A DNA stretch of 62,071 nt, the filler included, from Stramenopiles sp. TOSAG23-6 (Eukaryota): assembly GCA_900128565.1 (NCBI GenBank). It is 3 parts of 3 records of this genome, joined end to end, with 100 filler letters (N's around TTAATTAATTAA, not from the genome) between each part and the next. Parts side by side here need not be neighbours in the genome. Positions count along the whole stretch, not along the records: positions 41,499 to 62,071 come from LT636036.1; 2 more parts are not named here. One strand, 5' to 3'. Position 1 is the stretch's first letter, and every line of letters begins with the position of its first letter. A program made the translations under genes and the position numbers. Positions 47,823 to 59,975 of the stretch are shown piece by piece. A model generated the notes under the pieces. That model was not told the DNA's origin. It worked only from the letters and a program-made list of their open reading frames with translations, and did no database searches.

Positions 47823-50270
47823 ATGGCATTGGAAAATTCAAAACTTCATTACCACTTTAAAGCTTTGCAAGAACGTGTGTCAAGTACACCACAGACGCTA
47901 AATGGGTTTGTATCGATTTTGCAGAGGCGAATTAAAATAGAGGAAAATTATGCAAAAGAAATGATGCTGCTCTCCGAAGATGTTAGTATAGGTCAATGTG
48001 AGCAGTCGACTACTCGTTCTGCTTTGGATATGCTCCGTGGAACTTTGTTGACAAAAAGTGAGCAACATAGTGAATTTGCAGAACACCTACTACATGATGT
48101 AATGGGTCCCTTGGAAGCTCTTGCCTTGCCTCAGCAGCACAAAGCACAACAATTAATTGGTGAAACATATGATATTGTAAAACGGTATAAAGCTGCACAT
48201 ACATCATATTCTCAGACATTTCGGCGTATGCAACAAGCTGACAAAATGCAAAAAGAAATAGAGATAGAAATAGTAGATACAATGAAACAACGAAATAGAG
48301 TAGAGCGACTTTTAAAAGAGTTATCTCGTAAAACTATGCAAAAGGCACAAGGAAGTAAAGATAGTAAAACCCCTTCTAGAGATGTGGTAAGAAAGAAATC
48401 TTCAAAGATTAATAGAATTGTTCGGGAACCACCACCTCCTCCACCAAAACCAAATGTATCCTTCAATAGCTCTGATAGAATGAACTTTCATTCGCCTAGA
48501 AGCAAACGTCCACTACATCTACACCTATCAAATAGTGATGTGTACAAAGATTCTAACGATACCAAAGATCAAAAGAGGAGAAATAAGCAGAAAAATGACC
48601 CAAGTAAAGAAGTCATTGCACCTCGTCGAAATAGTTTAAGTGCACTCGCAGGAGTAATTGTAGAAAATGTTGTAGGATTTGCATCTGGAGGAAAACCTAA
48701 AACAGCAGAGATGATTGAGCGAAAAAAACTCTTGTCTGAATTATCAAAACTAGTCGATAAAGAACGGTCTTTATTTGAATCTCGTCAACGCCTTTCAGAA
48801 AATATTGTGGGAGCACAAGTTGAATGTCGAGAGGCTTGGGATGCTCTTGTCATGATTTCACAACGTCATTCTACACACATGTCTGGGCTTTTATTTAAAC
48901 TACAACACTGGGAAGAAGAAAGAAGCGAATTACTAAGATCGCAACTACGTCAACTTTCTATATTTGAGAGTGCCATGGAAGCAAATCTTCAATACGATAT
49001 ACAACTATTGGCCCGCGCAGTTGATTCGATTGATTTTGAAACTGATTTAAAAGAATATGTTGTACGTGCTGAAAAAGAACCATCTTCTGAAGCAACATTT
49101 ACTAACCTTTCGCCTCCCCCAAGACTATCCACCACAAAAAACGACACCAATGTACGTACAAAGTTGCGTCTGTCTGCTAGACGTGGTGAAGTTCCATTAG
49201 CTGATAAATTCCAGGGTTCAAGGCAGCCTGTATCGACAATAATCAAAGATCATGATGAAACAAGATATAGGGAAAGAAAAATTGCCTCTGATACAATTGA
49301 AGTACAAAGGAGAACGCAACATCCAATTTCATTCATCGACGATGATGAAAAAGTAAATAATTTGAAGCCCGTAAAGTCTGACGATTTAGATTTTATAAAA
49401 AATAAACAAATGAAAAAAGAGGATGTAGACAACAAGAAATGGTCTAGTGAGATTCCTGGTATATACAAAAAAAATACTTTGAAGCCAGGTGACTTATCAA
49501 CCACAGATGACATGGTTGATGCAGCTCATAAAGTCATATCTATTCTTGTCACAGAACTATTTGATTTAAATAATGAAGATACGATTGAAGGCAAATGTGT
49601 TCACGATCAGATATTACGATTTATACAATCAACTCAATATGGATGCAGTGCATTTGCTGATGCCATGCTTGCTCAGCGTGGTGTATCATCTCAACTTTCA
49701 CAATTAGGCTTTACTTTACTAACAAAATTAATACGACAAGCATTATATGTAGCGAATGATCGAGGAGATTTGTATTTTGCCCGTAATGTGATGGGTCTAG
49801 TTCAAACTTTTTATACAAATACAGATGTAAGTGAATCATCAGATAATTGCACAAATCAAAGTAAAATGAATGAAAATAATAATCGTTTACTTTTAAATGA
49901 AGTAAAAACTCACCCGATTTGGCATAATGTTGCTTTCTGGGAAAAAACTATTTTTTCTGCAATCAACCACATGAGATCAAAAAATTATGGTACCAGTAAT
50001 AGTAAAAAGTCACAAGATTTAGTAGTTTATGTCCAACTTGAAATATATAGCTATAATATGTGTTCATTTGATATTGATCATGAAACTGTATCAAAGCTCA
50101 TGAAGAAGTTTTGTGCTATGTATACGCTTGATGATGAAACGTGGAACAAGTTGAATACAATCATCGATGGATTTTATAAAGATACTGTTGTTGAAAATGT
50201 AATGTTACCTACACCTGTAATTGAATCCTTGTTTGATACTAATATGAAACGAAATACAGCAGACAAATGA
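47823..50270 (+). CDS. F-BAR/FCH-domain protein with SBF2/MADD-like C-terminal region
   Basis: LQRRIKIEENYAKEM…QH.EFAE.L…V..PL is an FCH pattern; the C-terminus contains HPIWHNVAFWE. Confidence 0.65.
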   Translation: MALENSKLHYHFKALQERVSSTPQTLNGFVSILQRRIKIEENYAKEMMLLSEDVSIGQCEQSTTRSALDMLRGTLLTKSEQHSEFAEHLLHDVMGPLEALALPQQHKAQQLIGETYDIVKRYKAAHTSYSQTFRRMQQADKMQKEIEIEIVDTMKQRNRVERLLKELSRKTMQKAQGSKDSKTPSRDVVRKKSSKINRIVREPPPPPPKPNVSFNSSDRMNFHSPRSKRPLHLHLSNSDVYKDSNDTKDQKRRNKQKNDPSKEVIAPRRNSLSALAGVIVENVVGFASGGKPKTAEMIERKKLLSELSKLVDKERSLFESRQRLSENIVGAQVECREAWDALVMISQRHSTHMSGLLFKLQHWEEERSELLRSQLRQLSIFESAMEANLQYDIQLLARAVDSIDFETDLKEYVVRAEKEPSSEATFTNLSPPPRLSTTKNDTNVRTKLRLSARRGEVPLADKFQGSRQPVSTIIKDHDETRYRERKIASDTIEVQRRTQHPISFIDDDEKVNNLKPVKSDDLDFIKNKQMKKEDVDNKKWSSEIPGIYKKNTLKPGDLSTTDDMVDAAHKVISILVTELFDLNNEDTIEGKCVHDQILRFIQSTQYGCSAFADAMLAQRGVSSQLSQLGFTLLTKLIRQALYVANDRGDLYFARNVMGLVQTFYTNTDVSESSDNCTNQSKMNENNNRLLLNEVKTHPIWHNVAFWEKTIFSAINHMRSKNYGTSNSKKSQDLVVYVQLEIYSYNMCSFDIDHETVSKLMKKFCAMYTLDDETWNKLNTIIDGFYKDTVVENVMLPTPVIESLFDTNMKRNTADK

Positions 50271-50284
50271 ATTATTATTTAAAT

Positions 50285-52009
50285 TTAAAAATTAAATGAA
50301 AATGAAGAAACTCCATTCTTGTTATCATCAGCAGTTGTACTCGTACTACCACTACTGACTTTATTCTCACTTGAATCATCATCTCCTGCAATAATTTTAC
50401 TCCATAATGAATATTTCGTTGCATCCATGGCACTTTTGACACCAGGTAATTCGGTAAGATGTGGACGTTTTTCTTTGATCACTGACACAAATCTCCCATG
50501 TAAAGAATCTCCATCTTTAATTCCGGAAACTTGCTCTTTTTTATCACGAAGAAATTCTAATACTTTGGCTAGATTATTTGCTGTTACGAAGTTTTGGGTG
50601 ATTGCAACCGACGGTTCAATATTAATAACAGCATGCCACCAACCGTGGGGGACATAAACAATTTCACCTGCCTTGCATGGTTTGTGAAAAAATATTTAAA
50701 ATTTCTTTTTGTTAGGTACGAAATGTAGTACAAAACAAAATTGAAATTGAAATTGAAATAAAAACATACAAGTGCACTGTATGGGTTGTTGTGATGGAGG
50801 TAATGCTTCGATCTCTGTGTAAAAGTTCAAATACCATTCCATGAGAGATACTGATTGGGTCACCTCAGCAAGATCATTCGTAGGATATACGCCAGGGGGC
50901 GTTACACCAGGAGGAAACATGATCCAACGTTTTGCACCACTGATTACGGCATTCCAAGCAGAAGTTGCATTTGGATCGATGTGAAAGGATGAACCAGATT
51001 TTGCAGGACCCATAATCATCCATCTATAATATGGACGCTGTGGAATTTCACCTAGAAGAGAAAATAAATCTAAATCATAGCTACTATTACTACTACTACT
51101 ACTACTACTACTAACCTTGTTATTCTCAACGCCAGGTGATGAAAAATACACAGGAACAGTAAAATCATGCAAAAGTTCAGGTAATTTGTCAAAAAAACGC
51201 TTATCAAACAAATAAATCGGTTGATCATCACTCGAGCTTACACCCTCCATATAACTAATATAATCATCCATCGTGAAATTATAGCCGCCTGCATTAAACT
51301 TCACAGTTTTACCTTCAATAAGACTAGCCTTTTGAGCTTGTTTCTTTAGATAATCAAAATTCCACGCACGATCTTTCGATGCGAATGCGTGCCATTGAGT
51401 AGCACAATCAGTAATTAATACAGGTTGATTTTTAGCATCAAATTCGCGAATAAAATCTTCCACTGAGAGAGACTTTGCTGAACGCCGCTCCATATTTTCA
51501 ACAGTTGTCCATGAAGGATGTAGTCCAGAAGACGCACAAAGCAAAGGACGATATAGTGCATCAGAATATAAACCATCAACAATAATAGGTGCATGCTCTT
51601 TGTATTCATCAATTCGATTTGAGCCAGACAACAATCTATACACATAACTTTGCTTCCAAGAATATTTAAAGGAAAAATCCCCACCAAATTTAACTAGACA
51701 AAGACGACGCCATAAAGCGTCGTGATGAGAAAATACATACAAGGCACGACTTGCCAGACATAAATGACACAATGCACTTGCATCGAAATATGAAAAAACT
51801 ATTAAAAGAACATCATCACTACGAATCGTTCCAAAACTACCAAGACCAGTCTGTCGACAGTCCACAAAGCCATCTAAAAGTGAATCCGCGTACATATTTC
51901 CAAGTAATCGCACACCATATGGATGTTTACCCCGCTCCAAAATATTCGTTACTAAATCATGACCTCCAACAAGTCGACTTTTCTTTGCTGGTGGAAGCAT
52001 GTCGCCCAT
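50285..52009 (-). CDS. F-box plus JmjC (JMJD6-like) protein; exons 52009-50770 and 50676-50285
   Basis: F-box segment, then YRWMIMGPAKSGSSFHIDPNATSAWNAVISGAKRW and the spliced KAGEIVYVPHGWWHAVIN. Confidence 0.88.
50677..50769 (-). mobile_element. Introner-like GT-AT intron (93 nt, phase 1)
   Basis: TT|GTATGTTTT…TTCGTACCTAAC…TTCACAAACCAT|GC; joins QCTC KAGEIVYVP. Confidence 0.85.
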
Positions 52010-52267
52010 ATTTGAAGTATAGCAACAGCGACGTGGGCTCTAAACTATTACTGCTAATAATTATTTACTGTCGTATAGTCGAGCAAGTCACTTTGAAGTT
52101 CAGAATTTGAGATCTCATCCAAATCGGAATCCGCGCTGAACCAAAACAAAAAGCAGGTTTAGGGTTTTTCATGAAAGATGAAAAAATTGAATAATGTAAT
52201 CTAATATAACTAACTGATACATGGGAATATGCAAATTAAATAAATTTACTAATTTCAAATCGAATTG

Positions 52268-55200
52268 TCAATCAATAGTTGATATTCTTGGAGATGCCAT
52301 TAATTTACCTAAATTTGAAACAACTTTCTGCCTTGATTCATTTTCATCACTTTGTTTACCACTGACACCAACTACGGGAACAAAATCATCATCATCATCA
52401 TCATCAAGGTATTTCGGTGAAAATTGTTCACTTTCTGTTTGGTCTTCGGACGAGGAGCTTTGCGTTTCTTTCTGATCTGCGCTTGTTGTGAATTGAGCGG
52501 CGAATGCTCTTGCACGCTGTCCCATACCTGCAAATAACCCAGTCATGCCCAAGCTTGATGTAATTATAGTTTCATTTCCTGTTTTGTCAGTCATTTTATG
52601 TTCATGTGTAAGAGCTGTTGCCAAACCAACAAAGCGTCCTTTATTTGAATTTAAAGACCACTCTGGTGAACGCGTGGAGTCTTTATGTGCAGAGTTAGGT
52701 GCATACCTACTCCGTTTATAACGCAGATTTCGTCCATCACTATCCCTATGTCCTAATTTGCGTCGTAATCTATTTCGTGTATTAGGAGTATTTATTTTTC
52801 TGTTTGATGTATTACTATTGATCATAGGTTGTTTCCCAAAGCAATCTGTAGCCTTACCCTGGATCTCGCTTAACTGATCTGTCTGATTCTTTAATTTATT
52901 TCGATGCATTGCAAGTGCAACATTGCGTACACCAAGTTGCCGCTCCAAATGATTCTTTAACTTTTGATGTCTTTGCCACATTGCTTGGTTGTCTTCGGCA
53001 GCCATCTGAAGGCATTCTTTGAGCATACAAAGCTCATCAGTTACAATGTTACTCGATTCCATATTCCTGAAACTAGTAACGTTTCCTTTATCCGTAACTT
53101 TGTTGCTTTCGGATGAGGTACGCATTAGTTTCCAGGGTGCAAATACTCGTTGCCATACTGGCGGTTCGCTTGATAAAGTTTCTCCGGTGGATGCATTTAT
53201 TTTTGATTCAGAGTTTCGCACTTCCAGTTCTACTTTTGAATTTACAGATGTTTTCAGAACTAAATTAGATTGGCCATCTTTATTGTGAGATGTTTCATTT
53301 TGACTTGAAGACAACACCTGAATGGAGTCTTTGTTCATGGTTATATCTATATTGTCTATATTGTGTTTTTCCATATATTCATTGATGGTTTCAATTTCAT
53401 CGGTACCAAGAATACGCTTCACCATGCGGCGATACGCCACATGTTGCTTCTGTAGCTCCTCAACACTTCCAACAGACTGTTCCAATAATAATATTGCTTC
53501 ATTCCTTTCAGCTTGTCGTGCTTCCTTTTCTATTGTAAGTTCTAATTGCGCAGCTTCATGTCCTGTCTCTGCTGCTGTTACTGCTTGCTCTAATGCGCGC
53601 CATCTAGGTGGAAATGGAGATGCTGTAGATTTTGTAAGTTCTCGGGCCGATTTTTCAACTCCATCTTTTATGGCATGTTGTTGAATAAAACTTTTCACTA
53701 AACTTTCTAATTTTTCTTGTCTAATTTTCAAACGTCCCTCAGTCTCCGCTTGTAAACTGAGATTTTTGTTTTGCTCTAGTAATTGAATCCTTTCTTTCAA
53801 AACTTTAATTAGAGCTCGTTGAGCTGCAAGTATATCAACATTAGCTATAGTATTTTTCTGTTTTTCTACGTCACAATTAAGTGATGTTACATTTGTTTCT
53901 TGTGCTAATTTAGTTGTAGCTGATAAAACTTCCTGCAATTTCTTCAAATCTTCTTCTAAACGCGCAATCGTTTTTTTATCCTTATTGTTTCTATAACGAC
54001 TACCACTCCCATCGTCGTCAAATCCTTCGTTTACTTTAGGTTTATTTTTTATAAATTTTGCGCGCTGTGCAAATCGTAGCGTAGAGAGAGTTTGCGATGC
54101 AGATGTTGGCTCTGATGATACAGCCGCTATGATACATGTTCGGGAGTTGCCACCTAGACTATCGCGTAATAAGAAGGTCAGCTTTGAATCTCTATATCTG
54201 ACATATTTGCTTACACCATCACCGACATCAACTAATGCCATAATAACGGCACCAAGAGTAGATAAGGATTTATTAATAGACGCCGCTTCTTTTAATTGTA
54301 CTCCCCGTGTATCAGTATCACATTGTCTCTCACTACCAGCAAGATCAACCAAATGAAGCCGTGATTTTGTACATCGACGACGGCCTGTCGAAATATACGA
54401 CAATTCATCATCTTCCTTTTTTTCTAGAATATTTTCGTACACTTCGATATTAATTTCAAGTACGACATGACTACGACTACTACGAGAATTCATTGTTGTT
54501 GAACCAACCCGACGCCTCTCTAACCCTTCGGATATGGCTTTAACAGCTGACTCCATGTTATCAACATCAATACGAATTGCAGCAGGTACGTACACACCAA
54601 GACTAGCATCCTCGCGTAGCTGAAGCGTTGTAGGAGGTGGCGGAAGACTAATCCTTTCATTTGTAATTGGATCTCGCTCACCATCCCGCTGTAAGAATAG
54701 ATCTGTTATGTTTTCGCGATATATTTCAAGTAATGATAATTTAATGTTCATCTTGCGATCTCTCAAATTTGCTTTTGCTAAGCGTGCTTTAGCTATTGAT
54801 GTGAAAAACCCTGGCTCAGTAACTATTTTATTTAAACTTCGGTTTTCATTCGATTCGTATATATCGTCATAACCACCAACATGAATGTTATCAACGAATA
54901 GTTGTGGACATAAAAATTTACCGTGTAAGCAGCAACCTTTTGCATTCACAAGCTCTAAGTATCGTTCACTTTTAGACTCGTCCATCAAGTCTATTATTTC
55001 TATTGAATCAACTTTTGGAAAAGAATTATTTAAAGCAGACGAAGCCGAAATATGTGTTTCTATCCATCGTTGAACCTCTGTGCAATTTTGTCTTACTTGA
55101 CTTGTACTACTAAAGTCGCCAGAAGTTATGAGTAAAGTAACTTTGGGAGTCTCATGTGTTTTACTGTTTCTTTTTGTTTGTTCTACATCTTCAATTTTAC

Positions 55201-56050
55201 ATGGATCTTCTTTACTTTTGTCCCATGATTTAGTTGTTTCAAAGATACTTTCTAAGACCCGAGGAACAATACCACGAAAATTATATTGGCCTGTATCATT
55301 TTCTTTACTTTGCCATGTCATACATTCAGGGCCAAACATTGTGTGAGTCTTCCCAGAACCAGTTTGACCGTAAGCAAATATTGAACCATTAATTCCACAA
55401 GTTGCGCCTTGAACAACAGGCATAGCTACTGATTCAAATACTTGTTTTTGGGTTGATGTAGAACCGAATACACGGTCAAATGTGAATCGCTGTTCATTTG
55501 AATGGCCGTCACTCTTCAGTGATATTTCACTACGACGACTTCCTAAATTGGAGTCATTTACCGCTACACAAGACAATTCCGTCGACGTCTCTTTCATCGG
55601 TCGCACTCGAATAAAGACTTTCACAGTTGCATCTGTAACGCCCTTGCCTTTTTTGCTTCTATCTGTCCGGATATTTTTACTAGAAACACTCGCACTTCTT
55701 TGTAACGTGTTATAACGTGGTCGCTTTTTCTTACTTCGAGGCACATGGGAAGTCTTTCGTACTAATTTAGTTTTTTGTAGTGATGGAGTAGAAATATTAT
55801 CAAGATCTTCACGGCGGCGCTTACTGGAAATTCCTGAAATTGTAGCACACTTACGGCGGTGACTCATTTTTTTTACTGAGTGTTTGGTGCTATACGTCTG
55901 GTTCTTATTCTTATTTGGGGTATTCTTGATGACGCGAATATTGTTTTCTGTTTTATACTTTTCACGTAAAGGACTATTCCGTGCGGGTAAAGTCATCGAC
56001 TTCAACCTGTCATATAGACGTCGACTTCTTGATTTTCCTGTGGACGACAT
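52268..56050 (-). CDS. Kinesin motor protein (possibly kinesin-12/KIF15-like) with a glutaredoxin-like insertion
   Basis: VKVFIRVRP, FAYGQTGSGKTHTM, NSRSSRSH, LVDLAGSER and YRDSKLTFLLRDSLGGNSRT motifs, followed by coiled coil. Confidence 0.9.
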   Translation of the reverse strand: MSSTGKSRSRRLYDRLKSMTLPARNSPLREKYKTENNIRVIKNTPNKNKNQTYSTKHSVKKMSHRRKCATISGISSKRRREDLDNISTPSLQKTKLVRKTSHVPRSKKKRPRYNTLQRSASVSSKNIRTDRSKKGKGVTDATVKVFIRVRPMKETSTELSCVAVNDSNLGSRRSEISLKSDGHSNEQRFTFDRVFGSTSTQKQVFESVAMPVVQGATCGINGSIFAYGQTGSGKTHTMFGPECMTWQSKENDTGQYNFRGIVPRVLESIFETTKSWDKSKEDPCKIEDVEQTKRNSKTHETPKVTLLITSGDFSSTSQVRQNCTEVQRWIETHISASSALNNSFPKVDSIEIIDLMDESKSERYLELVNAKGCCLHGKFLCPQLFVDNIHVGGYDDIYESNENRSLNKIVTEPGFFTSIAKARLAKANLRDRKMNIKLSLLEIYRENITDLFLQRDGERDPITNERISLPPPPTTLQLREDASLGVYVPAAIRIDVDNMESAVKAISEGLERRRVGSTTMNSRSSRSHVVLEINIEVYENILEKKEDDELSYISTGRRRCTKSRLHLVDLAGSERQCDTDTRGVQLKEAASINKSLSTLGAVIMALVDVGDGVSKYVRYRDSKLTFLLRDSLGGNSRTCIIAAVSSEPTSASQTLSTLRFAQRAKFIKNKPKVNEGFDDDGSGSRYRNNKDKKTIARLEEDLKKLQEVLSATTKLAQETNVTSLNCDVEKQKNTIANVDILAAQRALIKVLKERIQLLEQNKNLSLQAETEGRLKIRQEKLESLVKSFIQQHAIKDGVEKSARELTKSTASPFPPRWRALEQAVTAAETGHEAAQLELTIEKEARQAERNEAILLLEQSVGSVEELQKQHVAYRRMVKRILGTDEIETINEYMEKHNIDNIDITMNKDSIQVLSSSQNETSHNKDGQSNLVLKTSVNSKVELEVRNSESKINASTGETLSSEPPVWQRVFAPWKLMRTSSESNKVTDKGNVTSFRNMESSNIVTDELCMLKECLQMAAEDNQAMWQRHQKLKNHLERQLGVRNVALAMHRNKLKNQTDQLSEIQGKATDCFGKQPMINSNTSNRKINTPNTRNRLRRKLGHRDSDGRNLRYKRSRYAPNSAHKDSTRSPEWSLNSNKGRFVGLATALTHEHKMTDKTGNETIITSSLGMTGLFAGMGQRARAFAAQFTTSADQKETQSSSSEDQTESEQFSPKYLDDDDDDDFVPVVGVSGKQSDENESRQKVVSNLGKLMASPRISTID

Positions 56051-56343
56051 TACCTCAATTAAGTTGGCAATCCCTCAATATTTAAAGAAAGCTAGAGGAA
56101 CGAGGCGGCCTTCATCAAAGGTTCGGCCTATTTAAGACTTTAGGAGTCTTGAAGAATATTGAATTTAAAAAATTTCTGAATCTCAAAAAATCTCAAATCT
56201 CGTCATTCAAATTTTTGAAATCAAATCAAAATCGAATGTCATCGTCATGTTGGCGCGAGAAAACAAAGCTTTGTTTCTAAAAATATAAGCATCTTGGGTT
56301 GGGCTGCATTGTCTCAAGTAGTTGAAAGACTCCACACACTGTG

Positions 56344-56901
56344 ATGAGAAAAATTCAGTATGCAATAGAAAGGAAACAATCTGCAATAACATTAGCAGTC
56401 TTAAATGAGGATTTCTCTCAGGCCGCGGCGCTTGGTAAAGATATCGAACTCTTGCGGAAATTAGGTGATGAAGATATTGACTTAGAAGCGTACATGAAAA
56501 GGAAAAAAAAATTATTAGCTAAATTTGTGCAGCAGGAAGAGTTTGAACAATGTGTTTTATTGAAACGCGAAATTCAATTAGTTGAAAAATTACTCCCATC
56601 ACCAAGTCCTGTTCGAGCTAAAACAAAGCCTCGCCTTCCTCCACGAGGGAAAGAAATACCTCCCCGACGACCAGCAAGAAACTCAAAGTTGCCACCAACT
56701 AGGCTTTCCGCACGAGTGGCAAAAGCAGCAAAGTCTTCGGATAGTAGAAGGTCTTGGGATAAACAACAAAAGAGTAGATATACAGGATATAATGGCAAAG
56801 TTGGAAGGTATAACAGTAGCAGTGAAGCAGATGATCAGGTGGTGGATAGTTGTAGTTCTAGTGACCACGAAAAACATAGAAGTAGTCATGGTCAAAATAC
56901 A
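56344..56901 (+). CDS. N-terminal part (UVR-like helices, Pro-rich) of the RhoGAP-PH gene whose remainder is at 62016-60724 on the minus strand
   Basis: 56847-56901 is the exact reverse complement of 62017-62071, and the frame continues there (…HGQNT|YHTNK…MRVGHF). Confidence 0.7.
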
Positions 56902-59679
56902 ATCCTTAGGTTCACATGTAAAATTTCCAATGCTAAAATTTCCAAATTCACACGATGGTTGACTTCCCACTGGTTTGTACCCACTTTTGCATGTAAGAGC
57001 ACAGTATCCTTCGTGTTTGATTATATGATTTTCTGTACAAGCACCTGGAACTGGATTTGCATGTAGTGGAAGTGTAATACCACTGACAAAACAATCTTTA
57101 GGAGCGCATAACACCGAACCTCTATGAAAGACACCATTTTTGCATGATGCCAATTCACCTCGTGCTTCAAAGCCAACATTACACGAAACAGCACATTCCC
57201 CACCATCTTTTAATATAGAGTTAGCCGAACAATTCAAACCAAAAGACCCATTAGCAAGACTTTCAAGTGAATCAGGCACTTTACAGTCTTTATCAGATGT
57301 TTGAAAACACTGAGCGTCACCAGAGTCGAAATTTCCAGCCCAGCAAGAAGGTTGTCTCCCAGAATATGAGTATCCACTTTTACATTTAACTTCGCATTGT
57401 GCTCCATGTTGAAGTTCGTCACCTACATTGCAATTACTAATGGTATTACTGGCATTATTTTTAACAGTATCATAACTTCCTGGTATAGTACATTTTTTTG
57501 GTTTACATGATATATTACCACGATCGAATTTTCCTGCGAGACATGAAGGCTGTGTTCCTGTCACGGTGTACCCTGTTTCACAGAGAAGATTGCATTTATC
57601 CCCAGAAGACATTTTTGACCCATTTCTGCATTGCGGACGCAACTCAAGTCCATCAGGTGGTTTTTCCATCCCACTGACAACACATGGATTTGGTGAACAT
57701 TTTACAGAACCAACATTGAACACACCCTTGTTACAAGATGGCTGTACTCCGCTGATACTATACCCGTTTTTACATTTTAATTCACAAGTTGAAGCATGAT
57801 CAATCGTTGTACCATTAACACAAGAGCCAGGAATTGGATTTGCATTCGACGGCGTAGATAAAGATTTCACGATGCATTTCTTTGGAACGCATTTGATTGA
57901 GCCAGAACTTAAATTTGATTTACTACACTTTGGCTGATCTCCTGTCACATCGTAACCAGTGGCACAGTACCATTCACACGAAGACCCGTCTTCAAGGCCA
58001 ACAGACGCTGAACTGCACTTTGGTGTAGCATAGGCATTTGATGGAAGTTTCACCAAGTGTAAATTTTTACAATTGTTTGAGTTATCTTGAGTAGAGCATT
58101 TGATTGAGCCTTTATTGAACACCCCTGCATTACACGATGGATTGGTCCCAGATATTGATTTTGCAGTCGAGGGATCACATCCCAATTGACAAGATTGTCC
58201 GTGTTGTAAAGTTTTATCAGGTTTACAGCCATCTGGAAGAGCTGCACCATTTGCAGGCTTTGTGAAGTCCCCAGGGACTTTGCATGGATCAGGGACACAA
58301 GAAAATGATCCTATGGAGAAGTCACCCACATTACAATTTGGTTGAGTACCTGATGGAGAATAACCTGTCATACATTCTAGACTACACGATTTACCATGGT
58401 CTAGGCTACTTCCGTTCAAGCAGTCTTTTGGAAGTGGCTTGGCGTTATTTGGCCTATGAAGGCCACTTATAACACAATTACCAGGTTTGCAAGTAAACGA
58501 CCCTGCATCAAAAATCCCTTTCCTACATTCAGCATACGTTCCAATAAAATCATAATTGCGAGCACACGCAATTTTACAGACCTCTCCTCCTTTCATTTTT
58601 GCTCCTTTAGAACACTGTCCTGGAAATTCTGTACATTTTTCACCATCCCAATACTGACCTGGTGTATCAGAACATTTACAAGCACCAGATTTGCACTCTG
58701 GAACTGGACCAGGATCAGAGACAAAGTTAAAAGTTGGGGGTTTACTTAAGTAACAATCTTGGGTTTCACATATTGCACCTGATAATTTGAATACACCTGC
58801 CTGGCAAAAGGGATCTCGTCCATTTGGCAATTTTACAGAATACCCAAGAGAACATGCCAGTTGACACGATTCTCCATGATTCAGCGACGCACCATCTCGG
58901 CACGATGTTGCCATCTCAGCGACTAATTTATTATATGGGTATGATGAAGATGACGCATTATTAGCAACCGCATGTGCTGCGGAATTTGGTGTGTTTCCTA
59001 TATCTTGAACAACACAAAGGCCTCCAGTTCCTTCAACCTTTCCAGTGTTGGCTTTCATGAGAAAGCAAGAACATGGTTTTGACATATCTTCCCCAGTTGT
59101 TGCAGGAAAACTTGTTCGAAACCAATTGTTACAGTTGGTTTTATCCCAACATTTTTTACAGCACGACTTGTCACGCTCGACTGTTGTTTTACCTTCACAT
59201 GCTGTTGTTTCAACAGTGGCATCAACAGGAGTGTTTTTATCAGAAGGAGTATATTGTTTATTGAACTTTGATACAAATTTCATAGCACCACAACCTTTTG
59301 CATCCATTGTAGAATGTACTTCATCTTTACTGAGGAGAAGACACTGTCCACTTTTAGAAGATCGTGCCCAGGAAACACACTTTTCGTTTACTGAACAGTT
59401 CGTGCAACAAAAAGAATCTCTGTCGCTAGATAAAATTAAAGAACTTGTAATATCTTTTGTTCCTATAAGTCGAGTATTTGACACACTCGCTGAAGTGCTA
59501 ATCATACTACATTGACGATTATTGGATGCTAGATTTCTCCTTTGAGATTTCATGGAAATAGGAAAGATATTATTTTTGCTTTCATTAGCTTTGTTTACCT
59601 GTTTACCAGTAGTTGCACGGAGCACACCTATATTCGTCGGTATGAGACACATCAGAATGAGAAAGGAAATGTACTTCAT
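56902..59679 (-). CDS. Secreted protein with PAN/Apple-like modules and ~10 Sushi/CCP-like repeats; 3'-truncated by a chimeric junction
   Basis: Signal peptide MKYISFLILMCLIPTNIG; repeats of C…L.HG.SC.L.C..GY…G.QP.C..G.F..GS..C.P. Confidence 0.78.
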
Positions 59680-59975
59680 TTTCAACACACTCAGAATATA
59701 TATATATATATATATATGATACAATTGAAATGCAAAAAGAAACAATTAGAAATGAACTTGCTCCTTTTGTTTTTGCAAGTGACAACTGTCGTAGACGATG
59801 GGAAAGCTTTTGGCGAAAACTTACGAAGAGCGGTTATTCAACCGTTTCATCAAAATTTGGTACAAATATCCGTACTAAAATTACTAAAATCAGCTTCGAA
59901 TTCGTGTAACTGTTACCTTTCATTGTGACGTCGACACATAATTGATCCCATACAAGTGGACAAATTTGCGTCAAC

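Noticed and set aside
50667-50677. Nearby in-frame canonical AG acceptors (here, near 61128, and 24486 with a GTTTTT donor)
   Set aside because: They would delete conserved residues (the G of JmjC GE; PH FSL) or need a non-consensus donor, and most other copies have no such option. Not excluded without RNA data.
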